A stretch of DNA of 51,323 nucleotides, counting the filler, from Catajapyx aquilonaris (lineage: Eukaryota), in the NCBI GenBank assembly GCA_000934665.2. It is 2 parts of 2 records of this genome, joined end to end, with 100 filler letters (N's around TTAATTAATTAA, not from the genome) between each part and the next. Parts side by side here need not be neighbours in the genome. Positions count along the whole stretch, not along the records: positions 1 to 25,666 come from JYFJ02005342.1; 1 more part is not named here. One strand, written 5' to 3'. The position numbers and the translations under genes were made by a program. Shown in pieces: positions 11,898 to 24,742 of this stretch. The first letter of the stretch is position 1; each line of letters opens with the position of its first letter. The notes beneath the pieces were generated by a model. The model did not search any database, was not told the origin of the DNA, and worked only from the letters and a program-made list of their open reading frames with translations.

Positions 11898-14800
11898 TCA
11901 CACTTCCTTTCTCGCCTTTTTCTTCTTCGGCTTTGGTTCCACCCAAGTGTCTGAAAACGAACAGCAAATAAATAATTTCATCGAGTGAATATGGCGGGTG
12001 GACAGCAACAATTATTCCCAGTCTGAAAACTGAAGCTTGCCAAGGTCCGTGATTGCTAAAGTAAGCATCTGACAATGTACACACCGTCTTGGGCTCGCAG
12101 CCAAAAAAAAAAAAAAAGCCTTGCCACCTACAGATAATTTGGCAACAAACAAAAATAAATAGCCTGAGCATTTGTCCCACTGTTTACGGCACACCCGTAT
12201 TCCATTAGTTGCGGAATCAGGTGCTTCCTAACAGAGGTGTTTAATATTCCCCTCGAGTTCATAAACTTGGCACTTGCTACCTCATAGGAAAAAGAAGCAA
12301 GCGTGGCTGAGGGGGTCGGCAGTAACATTCGTTAAAAGTAAAATTTGCTGTCCACCTTCCAAGCTAACCATTGCAACGTATGCGATGATGCATGAGCCCC
12401 TTTTGGAAAATTGGGAGTCATCATGCAGTGACTTTTTTTTGTATAAAATGACATGCATTTGAAATGTAAGCTAGTGCGATCGTAATTATAAGACAGTACC
12501 TCCTAATTCATCAAAGGCAATGTTCTCCTTGCTGGATATGATCTCAAATGATTCCAGGCTTGCATCTGTGCCTATGATAAGAGATCATTTTCTTATGAAC
12601 AATTTCTTTTCAGTTTTCTTTTTTATTACGCGCGTTATGTGTAGGCCTAATTTGTAACCAAATTGCATCCATGGTCTTTGTTACAATAAAATCCTTTTCC
12701 ATTCAAACACTTGCCTTTGCTGCTGCTATCCAGCGAGGCCGAGGAAGCAGTCAGGATTTCAATGGCTTCACCTCCGCTACTGTCGCCATTTTTATTGTTT
12801 TTTGGTTCAACTGGAAGTGGTTTTGGGACCTCAACCGGGATCTAAGACAAAACGAGAAGACATTAACGACTTTCCTAAGCCGCAAGCGATGACGTGCCTT
12901 ACATGTTTTTCTGGAGCAATTTTCTTCTTATTGTCCTTCTTCTCCTTACGCTGCTCTTTTGGCTGAGGCGAAGCTGGAGCAACCATACCGATTAGCTCCT
13001 TCTTCTTCTCTTCCTTAGGCGGCTCTTCCTTCTTTTCCTTCTTCTTCTTCTCCTTCTTTTCTTTTGGCACTTTGGCTTTCTCTGGAACCGTCTCCTCCTT
13101 CACCTTCGCAATCACCTTAACCTCCGGTTCTGCCTCATCTTGCTTCTCGATTTCTGGATAAACAAATACTGTTAATGTCCGGTTCGTTATATGTAATTAC
13201 TCGTTACTACCTGGAGCTGCTTTCATATCATCTGGTGAGTCCTTCTTCTTGCTCTTCTTCTCTTTGCTGCGAGCTCCGGCTTCGACCCAATCGGCTGAAA
13301 AGCGACAGGTCAATGAAAATCATCTGTTTCAACTTGTACAAGACCAAACAATTACCATCATCAAATCCTTCAGGTTTGGGCTCGGCTGGTTCAGGTTCTT
13401 GTGGCGCAGGTGCCTTCGACGCCTGCTTCTTGGGCTTGACCTCCTTTTTGGCCTCCTTACGCTGCTTTGGAGAAGCTGCCGCCGCGTTATCTTGAGCTTT
13501 CTTGTTGTCCTGCCGCTGAGGCTTCTCCTTCTCCCCTGCTTTGGGACTTCCTGCCTTGGGCGTTCCTGCCTTTGCAGTTGTGGCCTTGGGGCTACCTGCC
13601 TTGGGACTACCTGCTTTCGGACTCTGCTTTTGTGCAGGAGCTGGGCTGCTCTGATTCTTCACCGGAGATTTTTGCTGCAGAAAGAAAAATGGACAATATA
13701 AAAATCAAGATTATGCGACATTGGTATTAAAATAACATCACATACAAATTAGCTTTCAATCACTGTTAAAAACCGGGGAAAGTCTTCAGACATCGGAAAC
13801 ATGCCGGCATAGATATTGAGAGAGGTCAAAGTACAACTCGAGAGATTATGTGGCATTCCACGTGTCTTGTCCTTGCCTGGTCCGGAGACATGTCATCGTA
13901 AAAGTAACGTAAACGATGTCCATGTTGCACTTACGTCAGCTTTTTTTTTTTGTGATTACCTAAAGACGCTGTTGGGTTAGCGATAATCTGGAAAGGAAGT
14001 TGGTCTTGACCTTGGGTCATCTTTCCCACCATAATGATGAAATCAATCACGTTGCACAGTTTATTTTTAACACACTTTTAGCTAAGTGAATAATGAGATG
14101 CGCCTCATTTTAGAAAGAATGTATATCATTCCTGCACACATTTTCATTCAGCAATGTCTTATCTCAAGGACTGTTACGCTGTTAAAATATTTTACTGAAC
14201 TTTCATGTACTCGACAAACAAAATCAAAATTGGTTGTGTTTACAAACCCTCAGCTAATAGAACTGGAGGCCCAAATAGATAAGATTGCAGAGAGTGGAAA
14301 GTTTAGGAGGAACCAACCACACGGCAGGAACACGTTGGGAGTCTAGGTAACGTATCCAGTACAAGGTCAAGCTCAGCTTTAAAATAGGACCATGGAAAAC
14401 AATTCAATGCTCAACAATAAGAGTGCTGAAGAACATTGAACGAAGAAATATGAGACACCAACATGTCAAGTAATTGCAGTCTGAATCAACTGAACGAATC
14501 TCCAAAGATCTGTGGCTAAACTCTTCAGATACGGAAGGATAATGAATCAACCACTCAGGGCCATTAGACCCCATCCTTCACCCAAAAATAAAACAAAAGA
14601 GAAAAAAAAAATCTGAACCGTCTCCAAATTACAGCTAGAGAATAGTACTGACATCACATCATTGTCAACAGTGATTCTCAACAACGAAATTAGCAACATT
14701 TGCAATGTCGAGACCAACCTCTGGTTGAAACAAATTAACATTAAATTCTTAATCGCATTCAGGTGGAATTAAGTCTGATGGTCAAATAATACGTACAGCT

Positions 14801-15605
14801 TGAAACCTGGTTTTGGACCGAAGCCTAAAAAGCAAAAGCCTTGTAATCAACAAAACATGCTTCACCTCCCCCACGCTTTTTTGTATTTTCGGGCCACACG
14901 CCAACTGAGTCACTTTGCAGGCAAGGCGCTGCAACTGGTAAATAAACCCCGACTAACCCAAAGAGGCCCGGCTGATAAAACGGCACAGATCATCAGAGCA
15001 TAACGCCGCCACATAAAACCTGCCGGTTTTACAAGCCACAACTGTACGAATCCTCGTTACGTACCGTTCAATCCCTAGTGTTTTCCCTTGCTCATATTTA
15101 GGCGTAGAGAACTTCAAAGTAGGTCAGTGCTCCCTTTCTCCATTGATAAATTATATATTTTTATACATTATTAGCTATTATATCAGCTACATTATATTAA
15201 TATCAGCTACATTATTATATTAAATATTAGCAGTAACATGATCATTATATTAAATATTAGCTGCAACACGCTGTATGAAATATGATTTAAAAAATTGAGA
15301 GTGGACCCCAGCTGAGGATCCAAAAATAGTTTGATGATTACCCTCTCCGGCTTGCTGGTGTCCTTGGCTTTCCTCTTGGTCCTGGGTCCAGCGGAGAGCT
15401 TCCCATCCTGGTCCAGGGATGAGGAGGACCCCAGGGGAGGTCCAGGTGCGAGGCCTCCACCGCTGAGATGAGTGAACCTGGGCTCCTCGACCTTCTTGAA
15501 GCCAAAGGCGAAGACGAGTGCGGCGCAGAGGATGACCAGTCCCACAGGTAGGGCGTACTGCCAGGTGTTGACCACCTCTGCGGCCAGCTCCATCATCATC
15601 ATCAT
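11898..15605 (-). CDS. Single-pass membrane, Lys-rich protein (about 389 aa), metadherin/LYRIC-like; exons 15605-15342, 13674-13356, 13294-13211, 13153-12903, 12841-12715, 12571-12500, 11950-11898
   Basis: Seven phase-compatible exons sum to 1170 nt; N-terminal TM YALPVGLVILCAALVFAFGF, SPKAG repeats, GFDDADWVEAG, C-terminus AFDELGDTWVEPKPKKKKARKEV*. Gene structure is solid; family identity is inferred. Confidence 0.8.
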
Positions 15606-16156
15606 GGTCGAGAGAGTGGTGTGTGAGGGGCAGAAGAAGAGCAGGTCAGGGCGTCATGGCGTCACAGCAGAGAGAGAGAGTCCGAGAGCAAGAGGCGAGC
15701 CTCCTCTTATCTCACACCAGCAGGCAGGACGAGAGAGAGAGAGAATCTTCCACGAGACAGTGCCCAATGTGGCGCCCCCTACCCTAACTGTATATAAGGC
15801 AGGCAGGCAACAGAAGAGACCACGGGGTGTTGTGTAGGCAGGCCAAGCAGGCCAAAGCCAGCCCTCCACGACCACACGCACACTCTTCGCTCCTCTTTTG
15901 CTGACGTTTCTGACGACACGTCCCTTCCGGCCCATGCGATGGACCGAGAGGGGGACGAACGGGGGAACGGACCGGTGACGTACTTCGTTTTGGAGGGTCG
16001 CGGGCACGTCACGGGGAGAGTGCGACAGTCAAAGCGCATGCGCTGAAAGGACACTCATATTCCCCCCCCCCCCCTTGCCTTTCATGCTGTACAGTACAGT
16101 ACTCCTCACCGGAGAGGGGGGGGGGGGTTCAAGTTAAAATACAACGCCTCACCGGT

Positions 16157-17427
16157 GAGATGCCGTTCGAGTTACAATAGTGCCTCGCCGGAGAGGAGGC
16201 ATTCGAGTTTCCAGCTCCTCCCCGAAGAGATGCCATTCGAGTTACAATAGTGCCTCGCCGGAGAGGAGGCATTCGAGTTTCCAGCTCCTCCCCGAAGAGA
16301 TGCCATTCGAGTTACAATAGTGCCTCGCCGGAGAGGAGGCATTCGAGTTTCCAGCTCCTCCCCGAAGAGATGCCATTCGAGTTACAATAGTGCTTCGCCG
16401 GAGAGGAGCCATTCGAGTTACAATGGGGAACTAGCCTTGGTCTGGGATTTGGGATTTTTGTTCATAACTAGCTAGCCCATTCCTGTAAACATACATTCCA
16501 TCACTCTGTTGCATCAAAATGACATTACTGGATAAATTACGGCACATTTAAAAGTGCCTTCAAAATTGGCGGGAAAAACAGAGCAACAGAGTGGTGCCAA
16601 TCGAAAGGGTACTCTGATATGCCTTGGTTGACTGCGAGATGTGAGGAATTTGACTTTGAATTAACCGCGGACACGACGGAAAGCATTCGCAAGGCGGCTG
16701 TAGGCCATCGAGGTGGAGAAAGGGGGCCTTCATGTGCCGAATTCGGGTGACAGATAATTCCGACCTGGTGGCATCACTGCCATGTACAAAGCAGCTTGAG
16801 CGGCCTGGAATAAATACGCGCCCCGGCCGCTATCTTGCTCACGGAATGGGACGGTTGCTAACAACAGCGAAGCATTTTACGACAATGACGGGGCGCGTTC
16901 TATAACACCATTTTTGCGTTCATTTCACTTCGCGTGACGTCAACATTTTCTAGGCTGACAGTGACGTCTCCAGTAGCCTACATAAAAACCCGAATTACTC
17001 CGGAACTGAAACTGATGTCTTAAAACGGAATATGCAAAAAAAAATCCAAAAAATATGGGCGAATTTATTATGTAGTTTCCAAAATAAAGGCTAGTTCCCC
17101 ATAGTGCTTCGCCGGGGAGGATCCATTCGAGTTTCCAGCTCCTCCCCGAAGAGATGCCATTCGAATTACAATAGTGCTTCGCCGGAGAGGAGCCATTCGA
17201 GTTTCCAGCTCCTCCCCGAAGAGATGCCATTCGAGTTACAATAGTGCTTCGCCGGAGAGGAGCCATTCGAGTTTCCAGCTCCTCCCCGAAGAGATGTCAT
17301 TCGAGTTACAATAGTGCCTCGCCGGAGAGGAGTCATTCGAGGTTCAAGCTCCTCCCTGAAGAGATGCCATTCGAGTTCGAATATAGTGTCTCCCAGGCAT
17401 TCGAGTTTTAAGCTTCTCCCCGAAAAG
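16157..17427. repeat. 70-bp tandem repeat array (dimer of 36+34-bp subunits), split by a MITE
   Basis: gagatgccattcgagttacaatagtg... restarts at 16157, 16227, 16297, 16367 and resumes after 17100 (17151, 17221, 17291, 17361). Confidence 0.95.
16425..17100. mobile_element. 676-bp non-autonomous DNA transposon, 14-bp TIR, AT target duplication (ISL2EU-like)
   Basis: GGGGAACTAGCCTT (16425-16438) / AAGGCTAGTTCCCC (17087-17100); empty-site unit reads gttacaATagtg, filled site reads caAT[element]ATagtg. Confidence 0.85.
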
Positions 17428-18374
17428 AGTTGCCGTAAGTATGAATAAATTGCATGGCTTCTCTTCGACGTGGCCACATTTCAACTGCTGGAATATATAG
17501 TCTCGCTCTGGTGAGAAGTTCCCTGAATCGAACTAATCTTTCCGGAGAGAAACTGTTCTTTAAAATTACCTTAGCTAGGAGAGAAGTTGTATTCCAACTT
17601 GAAAAATGACCCCTCCCCAGAGAGAAACACTTCGAACTTGAAAGAAAATAAGCGTTTACACTAGAATGTTCTCTCTCCGGAGTCTTGCAACTGGAGGTAT
17701 TACATTTTATTGTCACTCCACATTTTAGTGCAAGGACAATCATGTTAATTCTGGAGCGACCGTGCATCACGCCAACGCATGCGTAAGCCCTCACACTGCT
17801 CACGTCACATTGCAGTTGAAAATACCTGCCTAGACTGAAGCTGAAAACGGCAACACAAATCCGTTTTGAACCAGACTAAATAAGAATGTAAATGTTACAT
17901 ATGTGTCAAACTGGCACATAAAAGAAGAACACGTCGAAGCGAATAGTTAAATAGTATAATTTAGCCATCATTAAAGTAACAGGTCAGCAATAAAATACCG
18001 ACTGAGCATGGGAACGAACCAAATTAACTGCGGCCAGACTCGGCCAGACTGCAGCTGAAAGAGGACATGAGCTGGCAAAGTGCCACCAAAAATGATGCAC
18101 TTACGCAATTGGGTGCAACAACATTGCGCAAGTACCGCACAGCAAGTGCACGGTACATTTTACTAATTAACTAGTACAAGGGTGCAAAATTCGGCTGAAG
18201 TTTACACTATTAATGCACATTCCCGTTGAATGTGCAAACTCGCCAATTGCAGTACAACTTGAGGGTCCACGCATGCGCTTTATTTTCGAGACTGGCACAT
18301 GTGAACTCCAAGGAAAGGTATTCCATGAATGTTTTTTTTTTTATTGTGTTGGCAACACTTGTCGTAACGCCAAG

Positions 18375-18382
18375 TGACGTCA
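18375..18382. promoter_or_regulatory. Palindromic CRE/ATF site upstream of OSER1
   Basis: TGACGTCA within gtgacgtcac, about 320 bp before the OSER1 ATG and just before a putative 5'-UTR intron (18419-18465). Confidence 0.4.
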
Positions 18383-18693
18383 CAGTAAATAATGGCCGAA
18401 GAAGTGAGCGGATGAGACGTGAGTTTTGCGTCTCCAGAGAGAGGGTCTTGTTCGATCCATTTCAGGCTGATCTTATTCCCCTCGCAGCACACCAGCTACT
18501 ACTCAGATGCGGTGTCCTCAGCATCCTCCATCAGCAGGATCAGTGGCCAGACCAAACTGCAAGACGAGGTAGTCATCCACCACCAGGGGGAGCTTTACAT
18601 TGAGGAGAACGAAGGAGAGAGACAGAAGAGAGAGAGAGAAAGGAGCTGACTTTAAATAATATACAGAAGGTTTTAAAACATTCGAGTCACAAA

Positions 18694-20364
<1,671 letters not shown>

Positions 20365-20826
20365 ACGACGACAATTTAACGGAGCGCCATTTACACCCTC
20401 CCCTTTATTTTCAGTAACATTTTTTTTTTTCTTCGGAAAGGACAATGTTGAATCTTTGTTGCATGCGCCAGATTACTTGCGGAGAGTCAGATAACTTTTG
20501 TATGAACTTGCAAATAAATAAGTGGTACGCATCCGTTGATTTTTATTCTACCCGCTACGTATATACACTTTTTATGTATAGTAGAGCATCAGTGTGACAA
20601 GCAGCTGCAGGGTTTGTCGATTATTATTAAGTGGGCCATCAACTCTGAAGTTGGAAATTTTGTGAGGCAGATGGCGCCAGTGGGCCTGTTCGGAATTAAC
20701 GTAAGGAACGTGAAGAAGAAGGAACGAACCGGAGCGGATCACAACATCACGTGAGGAAGCCTGGCTGAAGGAGACTCGAAGAGGTCTGGTTGATCTATCT
20801 TCTCTGGAGAAGAAAGAAAGAACGAT

Positions 20827-22318
20827 ATGGCTGCAACGATGACGACCGAGGAGGAGGAGGACGACCGCCTGGAGAACGCCAACCCCCGCCTCTTCGCCAA
20901 GGCCACGGACAGGCCCGAGTGCCTGGCGGACTGGGACGACGACGTCCAGGACGACATCGACGTCAGGGAAGTCTTTGGTGAGCAGCATGCGCGCCTATAA
21001 TTGTTGCCACTCATCTCTTGCCATGGACAGACAAGCAAACAACTCTCCTGTTGCTGTGGACAAACAAACAAACAAACCACTGTTGCTGTGGAAAAACACA
21101 ATGTTGCCATGGACAAACAAACAACTGTTGCTGTGGAAAAACACAATGTTGCCATGGACAAACAAACAACTGTTGCCATGGACAGACAAACAAACAATTG
21201 TTGCCATGGACAAACAAACAACTGTTGCCATGGACAGACAAACAAACAATTGTTGCCATGGACAGACAAACAAACAATTGTTGCCATGGACAAACGAACA
21301 AACAATTGTTGCCATGGAAAAAAGAAACTTTCCCCTATGTTCGTCCATGGCAGTATTCGTTTGTTTGTCCATGGTACGCACTTGTCACTCTGTTGCAATC
21401 TGGTTGCAATGGACGAACATTTTCTTAACTTGTTTGGCCATAGCAGCAGTTGTTTGTCCATATCGACATCTGTTTGTTTGTTTGTCCATATCGACATCTG
21501 TTTGTTTGTTTGTCCATATCGACAGCTGTTTGTTTGCTTGTCCATATCGACATCTGTTTGTTTGCTTGTCCATATCGACATCTGTATCTCCATGCTACTT
21601 CCTACTTGTGACTCTGTTGCAATGGACGAACTCTTACATTGGTTTTGTCCATAGCAATGTTTGCGCATGGCAACGTTTGGTTGCCCATGCTACTTGCCGC
21701 TGTTGCAATGGACTAACAAACACACATACTGTGTGTTTGTTTGTCCATGGCAACAGTTTGTTTGAGGCAAAGCCTTGTCTGTGCATGGCAACAGTTGGTA
21801 TGTCCATAATACTTGTCACTCTGTCACAATGGACAAACACACAAATGTTCCCTCATCTTAAAGTTTGCTTGTCCATGGCAATGGATCTCCATGTCAACAG
21901 TTGCTTGTCCACATTTGGTTCCCGCAGCAGCGGGTTGCAATGCACTAATGTAATAATGTGGATTTGTGCAGATCTGATAAAGGACATCAATGATCCGGAG
22001 CACCCTTTGACCCTGGAGGAACTGCACGTCGTGGAGGAGGATCTGATCCGGGTGGACGGGGCGAAGGGCACGGTGGACGTCCAGTTCACCCCGACCATCC
22101 CCCACTGCAGCATGGCCACGCTGATCGGGCTGGCCATACGCGTCCAGCTCCTCCGCTGCCTGCCCCAGCACTTCAAGGTCGGCGTGAAGGTCACTCCTGG
22201 GTCCCACTCCTCTGAAAAGGCCATCAACAAGCAGCTGGCCGACAAGGAGAGGGTGGCCGCAGCCATGGAGAACGGCCACCTCCTGCAAGTCGTCAACCAG
22301 TGCTTGCAGCCCAAATGA
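20827..22318 (+). CDS. CIAO2B: Cytosolic iron-sulfur assembly component 2B (FAM96B/MIP18); exons 20827-20977, 21972-22318
   Basis: LENANPRLF...[28 protein letters not shown]...[27 protein letters not shown]...[16 protein letters not shown]. Confidence 0.96.
21000..21915. repeat. Intronic minisatellite (tgttgccatggacaaacaaacaa) with orientation switch at about 21330
   Basis: Forward units 21000-21325; mostly reverse-complement units (tgtttgtttgtccat...) from 21340 onward. Confidence 0.9.
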
Positions 22319-22404
22319 ACTGCGTGCTCATTGTAAATAAAGCATGTTGCAAATATGTGACAAGATCAGTTTTAGTGTGACTATACAGCCGGATTAATAC
22401 AGAG

Positions 22405-23916
22405 TTACGAATTGCTTCTGGGCTTGGTCTTCGCTGCGGTAACGGGCGGCCTGGGTTGCGTCGGGTCATACCGGTATGTCTTCTGCAGCGGGCCGGTTCC
22501 TGCCTTGCGAAACTGCATCTCGTCATGGCGCTTCCGGTTCTCAAGCTCCTGGCTTATCTTCATGTTAGTCCAAGCTGCAATGAGCCGCTGATTATTACCC
22601 CGCATTTTGAAGCTGACAGTACTTACATTCCTGGACGCCCTCCACGAATCCTTTGGACTTCATGGGAAGATCCTCGGGCTTGAATGTCGTTACTCTATCG
22701 ATGTGAAAGTACTCTCGCACTGCCGGGATTTTGAGGATCCCAACTTGCAGGAGGGAGACGAAGTTGGTGGACACCCAGTAGCACAGGACGGCTCCCGGGA
22801 AGTTGATGGTGAAGGGAAAGATCATCACCGGCATGGCTCGCAGGACGTACTTCATGGCTCCCATGTTGGCCGCTTGCAACTTGGCCGTGTCTGCTCCCAG
22901 CTGTGGATGTAACGATGCAGATTATGTACGTACAAATGCGGATATGGCGTACCTCGATGGTGAGTAAGAGCGTTGCGCTGGTGATAAGCGGCATTAGGTA
23001 GAACGGGTCCGGTACGGTCAGATCGGTGAACCAGAAGAGCCCACCAGTTTTGAAGCTCTCAACCGGTAAGTTAGCCATCTGCCGGAGTCCGATGAACATC
23101 GAGATGAAGATGGGCGCCTGAGCCAGCGGAACAACCAGATTCCGCAGCGGGCTAATCTGCTTTTCCTTCATAAACAGCATCAGCTCCTGCGCAATCCGTG
23201 CGGCTGCAAATTGTACGGTTTAAACACCTGCTGTAATTGCACGGTGCAGCGTACCTTCAAGTGAGTTTCCCATTTGTCGCGCTTCAGTCAGCTTCATCTG
23301 AAGCACCTGCATTTGCGGGAGATTGTTGCTCATACGGGCTGCATTACGTTGGGCCATTAGCACCAGCGGGAAGATCAGGATGCGGATAACGACCGTTCCT
23401 GCAATTAGCGGGATCGTTAGTGTCGTTGAATGCGGTATGTGCATCCTGCGGTACCAATCATGATTGTGGTCCACCACGGTATGGAACAGTCGATATGCAA
23501 GTACTCCAGGCATTGTTGGACTATCCCAACAGGCGACCATCCTCCGAGCCCCAGTGTTTCAAAGGCCGGCTCCGCCCCTGGGGCCAACTCCGGAGCCACA
23601 TCTGGTGTCGGTAGAGTCGGAATCGGTGGCGGATCCAGCACGTACTTGGCACCATCCGTTCCATCAAGCCGTACTGGTGTGGTTGACAAAAATCTAGAGG
23701 CAACAATCCACTGCAATGGCCTACTCTCACACTGCAACAAATGGCATAAATAATTAGTATACGCCACTGTATATGTTGTATTTGTTTCTACATGTAGACA
23801 CGTACCTTCTGAGCCGTCCTAGGCCACAGAGCGAAGACCTGGGCGGCCCCGGGGCGAAAACCGGAGCCATTTCGGCAAAAGTTGGTCAGAATCACGCGTG
23901 ACATGGAGGCCGCCAT
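22405..23916 (-). CDS. OXA1L: Mitochondrial inner membrane insertase OXA1L; exons 23916-23806, 23731-23455, 23398-23255, 23203-22953, 22900-22627, 22574-22405
   Basis: LGLGGWSPVGIVQQCLEYLH, PWWTTIMIGTVVIRILIFPL, QAPIFISMFIGLRQMANLPVESFKTGGLFWFTDLTVPDPFY; all junctions GT-AG and in phase. Confidence 0.97.
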
Positions 23917-24220
23917 TTTGAAATTGCACCGGGCGCGTTCAGTCGATGCGCACTGGTTGTGGGTGCGCTCGGAAGATAATTTTGAAAATGTAAATTACAA
24001 AATTTAATGCCGTTTTTTAGCTCTCTAATTTATGTACCTGCATTTTAAATATTAACATCATTCTCATTATTAATTATTCAGCAATTAATGAGTTATTTAA
24101 TGGTGAAACAGTGTGGCCAGATGCAGCGCGCATTCAGTTTCCATCCATTCGTTCCATTCACGTCGAGCTGCCTTCTTTTTTTCATTAATAATTTTTCTGT
24201 TAATTAGCGATTAATTAGTG
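23917..24220. promoter_or_regulatory. Compact bidirectional promoter between OXA1L and SLC7A6OS
   Basis: Divergent start codons 304 bp apart; YY1-like CGCCATTTT overlaps the OXA1L ATG; GCGC-core motifs near both ends. Confidence 0.6.
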
Positions 24221-24463
24221 ATGCCCGTGGTGCGGGTGAAGCGCAGATCGACGGACGTGACGGGTCCGCACCATGCCCTGATGGTGGCCGCCAAGAGGAG
24301 GAGGACGGAAGGGACGTCCACCACCTCTTCTTCGCCTGCCCCAACCAGCAGTGGAGAGGAAGATGTGGCCACGACTCTCTTCACATTTGCAGGGACTGTC
24401 GGCAGCGTGGTAATTCATGTTTTTAATCTACTCTCTGTACAGGATGGGCTTGGAGTATGGAAG
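24221..24463 (+). CDS. SLC7A6OS: 5' part of RNA polymerase II nuclear import factor SLC7A6OS/Iwr1 (remainder not in window)
   Basis: MPVVRVKRRSTD...ALMVAAKRRRT...LFTFAGTV matches the Iwr1 N-terminal bipartite NLS pattern; donors at 24410 and 24464; acidic C-terminal domain not found. Confidence 0.75.
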
Positions 24464-24742
24464 GTAACGTGCGCGGCTTGCAAGCACCGCCAGTGACGCA
24501 ACACGCATTGTTGTTCAACCCAAAGGTTTATTATGAAACAACTCTGTTGAAAAAATATATATAGAAAGTTGCGGCTTTCACATGTGTATACTATAATGAA
24601 AATTCTGGGGTTGTATTGGTGTTTAAAAAATACCATGAAAAAAAACCTTCAAAAGTCGGGCAGAAGTTGCCAGTTTTACTAGTCTCAAGCATTTTGTCAC
24701 TCAACATTTAAGTAATCAAATAAATTGATAAACTGATTTTTT

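Noticed and set aside
16157..17427. CRISPR-like regular repeats or heat-shock element array
   Set aside because: No unique spacers, no cas genes, eukaryotic context; TTC/GAA spacing does not fit nGAAn arrays.
20975..22318. 447-aa ORF running through the CIAO2B intron
   Set aside because: Openness is explained by stop-poor minisatellite units (several frames are open); it is out of frame with exon 1, and the spliced model gives canonical CIAO2B.
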